64,000 bases of DNA, taken from contig OX597818.1 in NCBI GenBank assembly GCA_951406725.2, forward strand, positions 103,478,001-103,542,000. Direction: 5' to 3'. Origin of the DNA: Octopus vulgaris. Taxonomy: Eukaryota. Below, piece by piece: positions 40,787 to 53,835 of the stretch. The notes beneath the pieces are model-generated. The model did no database searches and was not told the DNA's origin. It saw only the letters and a program-made list of their open reading frames with translations. A program made the position numbers and the translations under genes. The stretch's first letter is position 1. Each line of letters begins with the position of its first letter.

Positions 40787-43389
40787 CCGCACACAGCCAA
40801 ATAATTGCGTATTTATGTAATTTTTGATAGCTTATATAAAGAGAGAAAGCGCAATATCTGATAATAGTGATAGTAATATATAAACATACGTTCATTTTAT
40901 TGAAAATGAGATAATAGAGAGTGAGAGTTAAGTAGAAGTGTATGAAAATCGAAGCACAGCAAGATAAGTACGTCTATCAAGATGGAAATTAGTAAAGAGA
41001 CAGAGCAGTGGAATGTTCCGTAAATAGTGGAAAATTCAAGAGACGACGAGAAACTGTAGATGTTAAATATGTTATCCAACCGAATGCTTCTCATGTTGGG
41101 GAAAAAAGAAATTAATAATCAATGGATAAAGTTCTTTAAAAATGTCATAAATACAATCGATCCAGAATTCCCAGTACTTCAAAGTTAAGATATTAAATAT
41201 TAAATATTGAATATTTCATAAACAAACTAAGACAGACAGACTTATGTTTTTGTATACAAAATTGTAAAGCGAATGTTTAAGTTCGTGAAAACGTACAGAT
41301 GTATTGAGCAACACATATACACGTACATGTATATACATACATACACAAACCCACATATATATATATATGCACGTATGTATGTGTGTGAATGTTTCATATT
41401 ATGTGTGCGTATATATATACACTCTCGCTCACAAATGCAAAAGAATTTATAGTGCGTTTCTTGGTATATGTATATGCGTATATATGTAAGCATGCATGTA
41501 TGTATATATCTATGTATGAAAGTATGTATACATAAATTCATATAAATTCATTTGCACGTGTATTTCTGTAATAATTTTGTTATAGTTATAGAAGCCCATA
41601 TCATGCTCATGCAATCTGAGCGTAGTGAAAGCAATACATCAGTGACAGTACAGCACTTATATTCAGCTACAAGCGTCACAGTGATGATGTATCAGTCGAA
41701 ATCGTTAACTAAGAGAGACAAGCACTGCACAGTTGTCAATATCAAAAGAATTCACGGAAAAATACTAGGCACTGATGTGCAAACAACAGGCCAACTCTGC
41801 ACAGTCTCAGATATTTTCACTCGACTCTTCAGCAAAAGATGAATGTGATGTGATATACTAATGACATAGAAATGTGATGTGATATACTAAAGACATAAAC
41901 TATGGACAGCAAAGTACCCCCAAAAAGAAAGCAGAAAATACAAAGATCATGAGAAGGCATCCTTCAAGGATATAGTGAAAAGGCCTTTGGGGATGGAGGA
42001 TTGCGCGTGAAATCTAAAATCATTGAATGAGAGTTCCTAACATAATCTATGAGATGCGCGTGAAATTTGCTTAAGCGAAACATATACGAAAGGATGTGCT
42101 GGGAATCGTCATTGAATATGGTCCTGATTTGTGTTGGCTTAAACATAGGTCGTTTGGTGTACCACTCCTCCAAATCAAGAATTTTATGTATAGCCGCTGA
42201 TCGCGATATACCCTTACAATCCATACATCTTGACTCGCGACAGGCTGATTCTGCCTTCGAACATTGCGGACCTCGAGATATGGACAATATTCTTGGACAC
42301 GAAACTTAAATAGTTGCCTCTGGATGTGAACCGCATGACAGAGGACAATATATCTTCTTTTATGTCGATCTGTTTCAACATGTTGAAGCGACCGGTTTTG
42401 TTTAGATATATAGAAGCATTCCGGGAATTTTCATGCACACCTGTACCAGTGAGTGACTACAATAACATTTAGTATTTTCCCTGTGACTGTAATACATTGG
42501 TTGTTAGAACAGGTGTGCAAAAATCTGAGAAAGAACCACGTGGTGAATAATATATCTCTAGATTTACGAAATAAGCTCTTATGTATATTTGATTCCTTTA
42601 AATATTAAAGACCAGGCCGTATACACATTTGGATACAAATGTTTTTGAATCTTGCTCGTATCGTCATAAATCGTTCAAGTGATGTTTAGATTTGACTTTC
42701 CCGTTGACGATTAATGACAGTTTGAATACTGTTGAAGACGAATGTTTATTTAAATTACAAGTTTTCCTATTCTGCAAAAGAACTATATTCATTAAATAAT
42801 ATTATACCTTATATACTCTGGATGGATGTGCTTTACAAAATAACGGCTGTTATTATTGAAATGCTTTATAATACGCATCGCGCGGTACGGCAAGTTAATA
42901 ATGCACTGCTAATGCGTTATCTATCTATCTATTTATCTATCTGTCTATCTATCTATCTAACTATTTATCTACCAATGTTTCACACACACAGATTACCTCT
43001 CTGTCGCAATATTTCTCTCTAAAATAACAACCGGTCATCATAGTGATTAGGCACATACTCAAACACGCTCTCTTTCTTTCTTTCTCTCCCTCTCTGTTTC
43101 AAACACAAAAAAGAGAAAAATGACTATAAGTATTATATAAACACATATAAACGTGATCGGGGATGTCATGGCATCGTATGGCACGGTAGGTTAACTGTAG
43201 ACTAATATATATTTCTCTGAAGCCAGTGTTGAGTTGTGTTGACAGAGTTGCACTAAAACTTCAGTTAGTGAGCAATACAATGATACATAGTAAAGGAAAT
43301 AAATTAATTGAATAGATCGCAGAATGGATTGATTAGAAATGACATTTTGACGCCATTTTCACTCGCTAGTTTTGTAAAATAGATCCATG

Positions 43390-44510
43390 AATAAGTTATG
43401 CCAAAAATGAACAGAAAACTTAATCTGTTAATGCCAAAGGATATTAAGAAGTTAAAACAGTTAAATAGACTTTCATTACAAGTGTATAACACAAATTTGA
43501 ATAGAGTATTATATTCTGATACGATGACACACAACTGTACCCTGATATGGATGAAATCACCTTGTAAATGGAGAGATAAACAACGAGAAGCCATGTTATA
43601 TTCAGGGTACGATTTTAATACGAAAAGAAGCTTGGAAATTTGAATTAATGTTATCAGGAAAGAGGAAAAATAAATGCAAAAGAACAAATAATGCTATCAT
43701 GTGAATAGGGAAATGAACATTAGAAAGACAACTGCTTTATAATAAAATTTGAGTTAATGAACTCGTAGTGACATAACAGAATTGAACTAATAGATAAGAG
43801 GAAAAGTAAAGGTTAAAGAATGGAATATATCAGTTATTTTGAGGAATTGAACGTTTGTGGGAGGGGGTGTCATGTTATATCGTGGATCACATCCTATTCA
43901 ATTAAATAATAGAGGTGTGCTTAAACATAAGCAGAAGCAAAGAAAACTGCAACTGTGAAAATATATCACACGAAAATGGAGAGAAATATTAGGTGTTCGA
44001 ACACATGAATGTATGGATCGTTTCTTACAAGAAAGTTATTGTAAAATATCTCCAGCATAACGCGAAAATCCTTTTCAGTAAACAGATAACGAACACTAAT
44101 ACAACAAATTTGAACCCCTACAATTCACGACCTAAATAAGCAGGGCGGTTTTCCCATTTCCAGAAGACAAATACATGTATAACTGATGCTGTGCTAAGGG
44201 GCCGCTATGAAAATGACGAGGACAAATTTAAGAGATAGCATTAAAATGAAGCAAATTTTTAAAATGAATTATAATTAAAGACTGCCATACTGAATATGCC
44301 AGAAATAAGATGAAGCCTCCACATCTAATATACGGCATAACTGGAAATAATGTATGTGATTAGGTGAAAATCAGCACATGATATCCTGTTGGTCCAAAAG
44401 TCATAGCTAAGAAAGAAGCGATTTTAATTATGCTGAACAACGAAATATTCCTCGCTGGGAAGGAAGAAACTCATGAATGCAGCAAACAAAACTCTGTGCA
44501 ACATGCTAAG
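43390..44510 (+). pseudogene. Highly degraded Penelope-like (Neptune-type?) ORF
   Basis: Weak motif echoes only: KDIKKLKQ..., KDNCFIIK, QHNAKIL. Confidence 0.3.
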
Positions 44511-44542
44511 ACAGTAAATATGGACATAAAAATATAAATAAC

Positions 44543-44789
44543 TGCGACCTTTTAAATCCTAGCCAGGCTCATGGGCCTAGTTTCCCGGTTTCAATGGCGC
44601 ATGTGTTCCCCAGCTGGACGGGAAGCCAGTCCATTGCAGCGTTACTCATTTTTGCCAGCTGAGAGGACTGGAGCAACGTGAGATGAAGTGTTTTGCTCAA
44701 GAACATAACGCGTCGTCCGTCCAGGAATCGAAACCACAATCTTACAATCATGGTGCTGGCAGCCTAACCACTAAGCCACGCACATCCGC
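44543..44789 (-). mobile_element. tRNA-derived SINE family D, full length
   Basis: Minus strand box A TGGCTTAGTGG and box B GTTTCGATTCC, then TTCTTGAGCAAAACACTT and GCAATGGACTGGCTTCCCGTCCAG. Confidence 0.85.
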
Positions 44790-45588
44790 ATAATCTGGAC
44801 ATACTGAAGACATATTGAGTTGTATGTTTTGAAGGTATTAAATAAAAAATAATACTAGTGATTACATATTAACAGTGATAGAAAATTATATTAATGTTAA
44901 CTTATCGACTTCTCAAGTTTGAACCGATTGCAGAAAAAAAAAACAAATTTGCTTAAATTCGACAACAGTATATCACTAGTAATTATATTCCGATCGCGAA
45001 AACTGAAAGGCAAGAGCTAACATCTTTGCGGATTGAGCATCCAACCGTGTGAAAACAGATAATTCATACAGTTTTAATAACATTATCATTATCAGAGTGG
45101 TTATCGGAATGGTGTCTGACTTCGGCATAAGTTACGAACATTGGCATAAGTCGGTTAGTATTATACACCGACTGCAGTATTTTAGTTTTAATTTATCAAT
45201 ACTAAAAAAATGTGGGAGAAGGCCATACAAAGTAGGTTTCGGATTCAGAATTTAATGAATCGGTACAGGATATGGAGTGTTCTTTTCTTTGGTGATCTAA
45301 ATATTTATATTTCAGTAAATATTTTGTAATTACGTACCAGATCAACAGTTTATACGTGGAGCAGATCATATGTAAGCAATAATAAATCTCTGAACGAGGT
45401 ATAAACAGTAACTGCACGACAAAGTGAGGTATACTTGCCATCTCAATATGGCTAACCACTAAGGGTGGGTGTTACTGTAGCTTGTAGCCCCAGGAAAACA
45501 CCGTCTCCAGCTGGCTTTAGGCACACTATCTGTGCCCTTATGGTATTTTCAAAGGGAGGTCATCCTTCCCTCGTCAACATAAGTGATA

Positions 45589-45633
45589 CGCACGGATTGC
45601 AGTTTCTAGGTTTTGACCTGTCATCAGCGTACG
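45589..45633 (-). ncRNA. Hammerhead motif, antisense copy with GUC>AUC change
   Basis: Minus strand CGUACG-CUGAUGA-CAGGUCAAAACCUA-GAAA-CUGCA-AUC-CGUGCG. Confidence 0.55.
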
Positions 45634-45880
45634 GCAATCACCGGTTTTCGATGAAAGAATGTCCCAAGCAAATACTTATATCGTTTTTCCAGTAACTTTT
45701 CGTCAGTGATCTTGAAAAACTGTATGCAAGCAATAATAAATCTCTGAACGAGGTATAAACAGTAACTGCACGACAATGTGAGGTATACTTGCCATCTCAA
45801 TATGGATAGATGAAAAGTTACTGGAAAAACGATATAAGTATTTGCTTTGGAACCTCCTTTCATCGAAAACCAGTGATTGT

Positions 45881-45925
45881 CGTACGCTGATGACAGGTCA
45901 AAACCTAGAAACTGCAGTCCGTGCG
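45881..45925 (+). ncRNA. Minimal type I hammerhead ribozyme
   Basis: CGUACG-CUGAUGA-C-AGGU(CAAA)ACCU-A-GAAA-CUGCA-GUC-CGUGCG. 6-bp stem I, 4-bp stem II, palindromic ACUGCAGU stem III, GUC triplet at 45917-45919. Confidence 0.75.
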
Positions 45926-47699
45926 TATCAGTTAGGTTGACGAGGGACGGATGACCTCCCTTTGCAAATACCACAAGGGCACAGATAGTGTGCCTAAAGC
46001 CAGCTGGAGACGGTGTTCTCCTGGGGCTACAAGCTACAGTAACACCCACCCTTAGTGGTTAGCCATATTGAGATGGCAAGTATACCTCACAGATCATATG
46101 TAGATTATTACAAAATCAGGAGATTATAAGTAGATTATAATCAGTGGAAGATTATAAGTGGAGTGTATTAACCGATTATATCGACCATAGTACTTGGCTA
46201 ACAATGCATTATTTTGTCCGTCACGAAAGGATGAAAAATAAAAGTGGAACACGACGGGATTTGAACTGTATCGAAAAACACAGGTGCTGTACCGTTCAGT
46301 TTCGGAAATTATGTGGAAGTGAGTTTGTCGAATCGATCTCCTGTAGTATTTGACTATTACTTTGTTCTTTTGAAGCAGGAGGAATCAAAAGCGTGTATAA
46401 TCCCGGTGTGATTTGAAATAAAGAAGCATTTGGTACAGTAACGATTAGTTTCTACGATACATTTACAATTCTGCCAAAGGGACGACATAACGGAACACAG
46501 AAAACGGAAAATTCTTTACGGTGTATCGAAAATTTCAACTTTTTCTTGTTCAATACTCTTATAACTTATAAAAGTACTCTGCAATCAAACTTTAAGCTGC
46601 GTACTGATGTATGTTTGATTGGTGCTTTAAATTTTCCTTGTTAAACGCGCCGATGTTCAAATAAAAACCGTGTTGTAACGTCCACAAGATATTTTTGGCA
46701 CATCAAATTAACGAGACTCTATTCTAGTATATACTATTTGACTAAACAACACGCCACTTCTCCAATATCTAGATCCACTGACCTATCGAGAGTTACATTT
46801 TCTTCCATGTAGTAGGCAGTCACAATATACTGACAACAAGCCACTGATTATTGCCTCTCTCCTTTTAAATATCGTGATCTACTTAAACACCAAATAACGA
46901 TTGATATCGTTCAAGGTGAAAAACAAAAATATAAACAATCAAAATAAGTTAATGTGGATTAACGATATCATAGATAAAGAAACATAAAAGAACGTTATAT
47001 ATGAAACGTTTTACCTTGGTTTAAATTCGAAACACGCCTGTCTAGCAATAAAAATATACAGAAAATCAAAACAACTTTGTGAAAACCGATTTCAGAATAC
47101 GTGCATTGTATAAGTTCTCATGTTTTGATTTATTTATTTTTTTACCTACAATGAAATAGTTTTCGTGAGTAAACTTCGAATGAAAAATGACAGGAACTGT
47201 CGTATGTTGAAAAATGCCGATTGAATTCTTTAGCTAGCTATCATAAAAGCGAAATTGCAAGCGAATTTTACGAGCGAATAAATGTACTTAAAAAAGGCCT
47301 AACGTGTGATTTACAAGTTTTAAGGAACACAGGAATAAAATTGTTTAAATGTGGCTTCTATTTCGTACGAAATAAAATTACTGAATTTGAAAGAAAAAAA
47401 TACGATCAGAAAATCCTTTCATTGTAACAAACCAGAAGATATACAAAAATAAAAAAAGACAATTTAAAAAAAAGAAAGAAAACTTTATTCAATATTACGT
47501 CAGAAAAGACAGGAGGAGACGTTGGAGGGTCTGATAGAGAATGATGCTTAATTCTTTACACTAACTAGTTCTGAGTACTAGAAATGGTGTAGAGGTTAAA
47601 AGTTCGTGAATATTTATTTCACACAAAAAAGAGAGAATAAGTAGATTTAAACCATTAAAGCTGTACATTTTCTCACTGACTATTCCTAAGCACGAGTAT

Positions 47700-48260
47700 C
47701 CATCAAAAGTCAGAATGGCTGTATTCCTGTTAGTGATGGAAGGAAATAGAATTTGTGATTTTCAAACTTTTCCAGAGAATATTAAAGATGCAGATGAAGT
47801 CGAATTCGGTAATCAAATTCGGTTTGCAGGTTTGCCTTCCTCAGCTTCTATAGAAGCAGTCGGCAGGTGTTTATTCAGTTTCATACTCTTACGACATACA
47901 AAAGAAGTGTGAGGAAAAGAAAGAAATGATAATTTTCAAGTAAGAAAATGAGACAACTGCAGAAATGAACGCAGTGTGGTATACTTAACAACAGATCTTC
48001 TGGCCAGTGATAGATACAGGGATCGTATTTCGACAAAGGGGTTTCTTTGTTTTTCTTTTGTTTGTCTAAGAAGAAATTAGAGTGGCAATATCGATATAGT
48101 GTTATCGACAGATAATATTTATGTCGACTCCTATGTGTTCGGAAGTCAAATCACACGAAAGTCGATTTTTTCCCAAGATGTCAGAAATATGTAAGATTCC
48201 ATTACTTTATGAGATGTTCTATACTATTATGCGGTACTAAATTAAAAGTCATATATATTT
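47700..48260 (+). pseudogene. Possible degraded LINE apurinic-like endonuclease (RTE-like)
   Basis: Weak echo only: IQFHTLTT (compare IQVYAPT). Heavily decayed. Confidence 0.25.
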
Positions 48261-51164
48261 AAGAAATGAAGTGGTAAAAATAATATCCAGTAGGATCCTA
48301 TTCAATTTTTCCACTTCATTTAGATACCTGCAAAGATGTATGAAGGGTTATATTGGGGGTATTTCGGAAATGAAGAGAATATTCGTGTGAGATGGTGAGA
48401 ATAGAAAGAGAAGCCGAGACAACAGTCAAAAGCGACCATCTTGACAAGAATCATTAATAAATTTGCCAGTCTGGTGTAGTCAGTAACAAAGTCCTAAGAG
48501 CTTCAGGGAATATTAGCTTCTTGAGACATAAATGTTGTCGCAACTTCGACAATTTTCTATTAATGCTGAACTCATTATACCTTCTTTACAGCAATTGTCA
48601 AAATAGCCATGAACAATAAAATCATTATCCTATTACTATTGACTGATGAATTATATTAGGACTGAAAATATAACAGAAAACGTTTCATTGTTGCTACTTA
48701 GCACTTAAGTTTCAAATAGATCGTCAACGACAACACTTAGACGTCCCATCAGGGAGAATACCAGAGCTCTTATAATGTTGATCAGAACTGATATACCTCA
48801 AGGTTTAGAGATTATGAAACAGTGTTTAGTCACCATTTATATAACGCTAGTGATTTTACCATCAAACAAATTAATGTAGGCATAAGTTATTTAACAGGAT
48901 AACAAAGAGAGACCCGTTTTGTTTCTCATCAATAGCATGAGGTCCATATTGTTGCGATCGTAATATGTCTCTCTCTTTTAGTAATCGAAGCTCATGTCCA
49001 ATAAATGTTTTTGCCACTTAGTCAACGTGGTTTGCAAACTTCGCATGCAGCTAATATTATAAACTATTTGTTGCTCAATCTGTCGTGACCAGAGATGTCC
49101 AAGATGAACATCGTTAGTGTCGATGGAATACGGTCAGAAACTGAGAGATTTTCGCTGTCTTTCCTTCTAAGTTTCGCAGGTTGTTTTATAGAAATATACC
49201 TGTATCTTACTGATTATCTTTTATCACAAAGACGTTGGAACACTGAGTTGTGTTATCCTGATCTTGAATGCACTCCTACATAACTCTCGTTAGAAGTACA
49301 GCTTCTGAAATATAAAAACATATTGACGTACACGGTTAGGTCATGTCCGAGATGGACAGCTTGTACATGGGCTCCACTAATTCATATAGCTTTGGCGTTT
49401 TTTTCCTATTGCACTAATGCATAGATCGACATTCGCCTACAACTGCAGTGTTTTTCCAAACCGGTTATTTAAAAACTGTGGTTATCCACGCTTCGTGCAT
49501 TTTGAAATCAATCGCCAACAGAAATAGGAAGAGTGGCATGGCACAACCCTACCTCAGTCCAATAGCAATTTCCAACTTAACTTTCTTACTACTTAATGAA
49601 AGTAGACCTAAATATTTCTACAACTAACAACACGCCCAGAATTAACTATCGGAGTATTTGCTGTTTCAAAGAATACCAGTTATGAGTATGAACATGGTAG
49701 CTACGTCGAACAGCCATACTGATTTGACGTAAACATTACCTCTCAGTATAATTTCTATTTTCATCTCTTATAGAGGTTTTCTAACTAGCTAGTTTGCTTG
49801 TTCCAAGATCATTGAGTGATTGAAGCGTGCTTTTGTATATATTGCGAGCTGGAGCGAATTCCTACTACCTCTAGCGGCTGGATGCCCCGGTTTGCTAGAT
49901 TACTTTAGATATCATCTGAAGAGCAAGATGGGATTGGAGAGGAAGACCCTGCCACCGAGTGAATAGGGAAAACGATGGAAGGATGTGATGAGAAAGGTGA
50001 ATGTTAGTAACCCAGCTTAATCATCGAAGAAAGTGAAACTAGTTGCTGGGCCTTATTGACTGCCGGGTTCAATTTTTTGAACCTGCTATTCTTTTACCCT
50101 TTATAAACGTTATATTCTCTAGTTTTAATTAAAAAAAAAAAAAACCCACTAAAGTTCTCTATATAAATGCAAAAGTAAGCCAATTATTCGTTTATTTCAT
50201 AGTATAATTAAATTCTTAAAAGTCTCATTCGAACTCATGTAACATTTTTGTATTTGTCTCTCTTGTTATGTCCTTTTCTATATTCGATCAAATGATCATA
50301 ATAAAGATTTTACTTCTAGCGGCCAGATTTTCCCCACTGAAGATGAGCATAAATAGTCCGAAACCGTTCAGTCTGGTGATCCTGCCGTCTGCTAGAAGCT
50401 GGTCGCGGTTTGCTCCCCTGTTTACAATATATACTGGGCACTGGGTGGAGATTACATCGATAACCAGCTAACTCCTCCTAGGGTTAAACAGTGGCAACGC
50501 CGAACAGCTATACTGATGTGACGATGAACATTCCCTATATATATATATAAATGCTTTTGTATATGCTTGGTATTTTAAGAATGCGCATTCAAAGATAGTC
50601 TGCGTCAATTTTTTTTTAATGGGAAACAGATTAATTATTCTTACCCCGCTAATGATTTTGAAAGCGAGACATGGCGGTCTCATTATGTCATCACAAAATC
50701 AGACACATTTTTGTATTCTTACTTTCTTTTCTTTCATTTAATTCGGAAAATAGCTGTGACCATATCACTGTCTTCCCTGGTAATTTAATCAGATGCATTA
50801 TAGTATTTGCAGAAAGGCGACATCTTGACGATGTATCAATTTCCCGTTGCAACGATTATTCAATGACATAACGATGCTTTAATATTAAGCTGGATTACTT
50901 CTCTCTTTTTTTTCTTGTGATTTTCACGTTACCTTGACTAAAACAAACAGTTTGCGGCTGCTAAAGAAAGGAGAAATATCGGAGAAATGACTGCAAATAT
51001 TACCACACCATCTTAGTAAAAGTTTACATTTTAAAACTCAGTATAAATCTAAAACAATACAGTCTGAAATAAGAATGCCTATATCTAGTGTCTGGTCGGA
51101 AACTGTTAGCCTACGGCTGAAACTAAGTTGGTCAAAAATTTATGGCCAAATAAGAACTGATGAG

Positions 51165-51497
51165 TTCTCGGGTTTGCCAAGGACTTGTGAGTGGATTTGG
51201 TAGACGGAAACTGAAAGAGGCCCGTCGTATGTATAAATACATGCGTGCGTGCGTGTGTGTGTGTGCGCGCGCGCGTGTGAAAGTATGTGTGTGCGTATGT
51301 TTGTCCCCATCACTGATTGACAACTTATGTTTACCCCGCTGTAACTTAGTAGTTCATCGAAAAAAAAAAACAACAGGATAGGTACTAGGCTGAAGAAGTA
51401 AGTCCTGGGGTCGATTTAATCGACTAAAAACGCCGTCAAGGTGATGCTCCAGTATGGCTGCAGTAAAATGACCGAAATAAGTTAAATAATAAAAGAA
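51165..51497 (+). mobile_element. SINE family A, 5'-truncated
   Basis: CTTGTGAGTGGATTTGGTAGACGGAAACTGAAAGA...GCTCCAGTATGGCTGCAG. Confidence 0.85.
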
Positions 51498-52034
51498 TGC
51501 AGTAGGTTTAGTAAGTAATGGTTGTAATATAGGCAGAAGGATAGTAATTCCTCAGAGATGTGGGGATGGCAAATGCGTTGACATCTAATACATGAGCAGT
51601 ATTACCTTACGATTTGGTATAGGTGTAAAAAGTTCTGTTAGCTTCAAAGCTAAGTCACAATGTCGAATTTGAACAGAGAAGAAGGCAAAGAACCGGAACA
51701 TGAAGAGCATGGTCTTTCTTCTATGTATCCTGTTAATACTTTGAGTAGTAGTAGTATATTTACTGCAGAGTGATATATTTACTGCAGAGTAGTATAGATG
51801 CGCTTTCAAACGTGAGTATCTCTAATACTGGTTGCTTTCACTGCTTTGTTATTGCACGTGCAACATTTGTTTCAATATATTTTTTTAATAAGAACACCAG
51901 AAATTTCTTGGCTGGTTTCTTGTGGTTGTTTTTTGCTCAATAAGTGTTAATATTTTGCCTTCATAAGACGCTTGTCTAGTTTTAAATAAAAATACGACAC
52001 ATACAAGATTACGTCTCCAATAACCATTACGGGA

Positions 52035-52057
52035 TGGTGGTGGTGGTGGTGGTGGAG

Positions 52058-52123
<66 letters not shown>

Positions 52124-52133
52124 ATAGTAGTAG
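52035..52133. repeat. (GGT)n(AGT)n microsatellite
   Basis: Direct. Confidence 0.95.
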
Positions 52134-53505
52134 TTATACTATAGTCACAAGGCATAAAATATTTTGAGGCGGAATAATCGGGTATTTGAGTTGCACTTTA
52201 TTTTATTGAGCTCGAATGGATGAAAGACAAAGCTGCCCTTAGTATAATTTAATCTCAGAGCATAACTGAACGGAATAACTGCTACTAAATTATTTTTATC
52301 CGACGTGGTGGGTTCGATGTCCCTACAAAATCGTTTATCATATTTTATTTCTGCAATTATCCTTAGCAAAAGGAGAAGTAGTTTAGATTCATATTTCCTC
52401 TAACATGTCACTGTAATAAATAAAGTACCAATATGTATTATCAGATATTACAATAGAATATCACGCAAAAACAGGATTTAAAAGCGAGTGTGGTAGTCTG
52501 TTTTCGGTCACTCGATCTGCCATGAATAGTAAACCGATCATCGTCACATGGCATTATTGGAATGTCATACTGGATAGTGTAGTCCTTGATAGAATATATC
52601 TGGAAAATAAATGAGATAGGCACGAGAAAAGCGCCTTTGATCACGAACCCGCTTGTTCATGACTGAACTGAAGCTAAACAGCAGCAGAAACTTCAGAACG
52701 CACTGCACAAATAAAATATATATAATATAGATATTACTTCTTGCGTATCACAAATCTTTTACGGATGTAGAGAGACACGATATTCTACAACAAAGAAATA
52801 GTGTCAGCCAAGTAAATCCATTTCATGCAATCGGATTATGATAGTGGAATGTCAATTTATATGCTTTCACAATGTCAAACGATAAGTTACAGTGGAAAGC
52901 AAATAAGCTGAACTACAATATAATCTATCTTGATCAAATAAACTCGGACATAAAAGTTCTCAAGAGCCATATTTTCCAGTTATATTCGAGTCAAACTATC
53001 ATTCATGACAAAAGGTAAAACGCCTGAACAAAAAGAAAAACAAAAGAAATGAAACGATACAAAGAAACATGACGTGAAGGACTGCTTGCTAAAACACGTT
53101 TGATGGTGACTGGAATAAACGAAAACTAAAAAATAAACAAAAACAAAAAAACCTGTGATTAAATCAATTTGTTTTCAGAGAGCATTAAAACAACTTTTGA
53201 TTTCATTGCCCACCCCGTCACTGTGTTCTTTATGTGTTAGATACAAAAGTAGTAGAAAGAACCGAATATAACTCGAACGAAGCACTCATATGTATGGGAA
53301 ACACTTGACATGTACGTTAACGTAAGATTCTATGCAAAAAGCTACACAACGTACAGGAAAATGGATGTATATTGAGACCTAAAGAATTACAAAAATGCGT
53401 TCTTTTATATACATATAAGGAAATTCTTGCGTACACACATACATGCACTTGTATGCATAGATACATACATCTCTCTGCACATGTATACACATATGTTAGA
53501 GTATA

Positions 53506-53509
<4 letters not shown>

Positions 53510-53602
<93 letters not shown>

Positions 53603-53628
53603 GAGGAAACAACCCCACCATTTTCTGA

Positions 53629-53685
<57 letters not shown>

Positions 53686-53768
53686 GTATGTATAAACGTA
53701 TATATGAATATAAGCAAACGTACACACACATTTACACATGTATATATATATATACACGTTATTTTCAA

Positions 53769-53834
<66 letters not shown>

Positions 53835-53835
53835 C
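53510..53835. repeat. (TA)n and (ATT)n microsatellite cluster
   Basis: Direct. Confidence 0.95.

Larger units (their letters stand above)
45375..46090. mobile_element. Penelope-like non-autonomous insertion: tandem plus inverted pLTRs flanked by a TSD
   Basis: CAGATCATATGTA at 45362-45374 and 46090-46102. Inverted arms 45424-45701 and 45812-46090. Direct repeat at about 45374-45451 and 45728-45805. Confidence 0.8.

Noticed and set aside
41842-41897. 30-bp tandem duplication (also a 19-bp one at about 51755-51791)
   Set aside because: Ordinary slippage duplications with no further structure.
41964-42438. Overlapping ORFs in moderately GC-rich sequence
   Set aside because: No recognisable motif or convincing splice signals. 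Probably a decayed element.
44730-44789. tRNA-like sequences here and at 61875-61910 and 5200-5288
   Set aside because: They have Pol III boxes but no full cloverleaf, and they continue into SINE bodies, so they are SINE heads.
45465-46049. Twin ORFs MGVTVACSPR... on opposite strands
   Set aside because: Products of the inverted pLTR duplication, with GTG starts and no domain.
48641-48676. CTGATGA...GAAA spacing
   Set aside because: No stem II or stem I pairing, so a chance match.
49420-49510. STFAYNCSV...GYPR resembling a Gypsy integrase C-terminus
   Set aside because: Too short, with no other LTR-element motifs nearby.
50333-50378. CTGAAGA...CCGAAACCGTTC hammerhead-like motif
   Set aside because: Stems I-III are mismatched. 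At most a decayed PLE relic.
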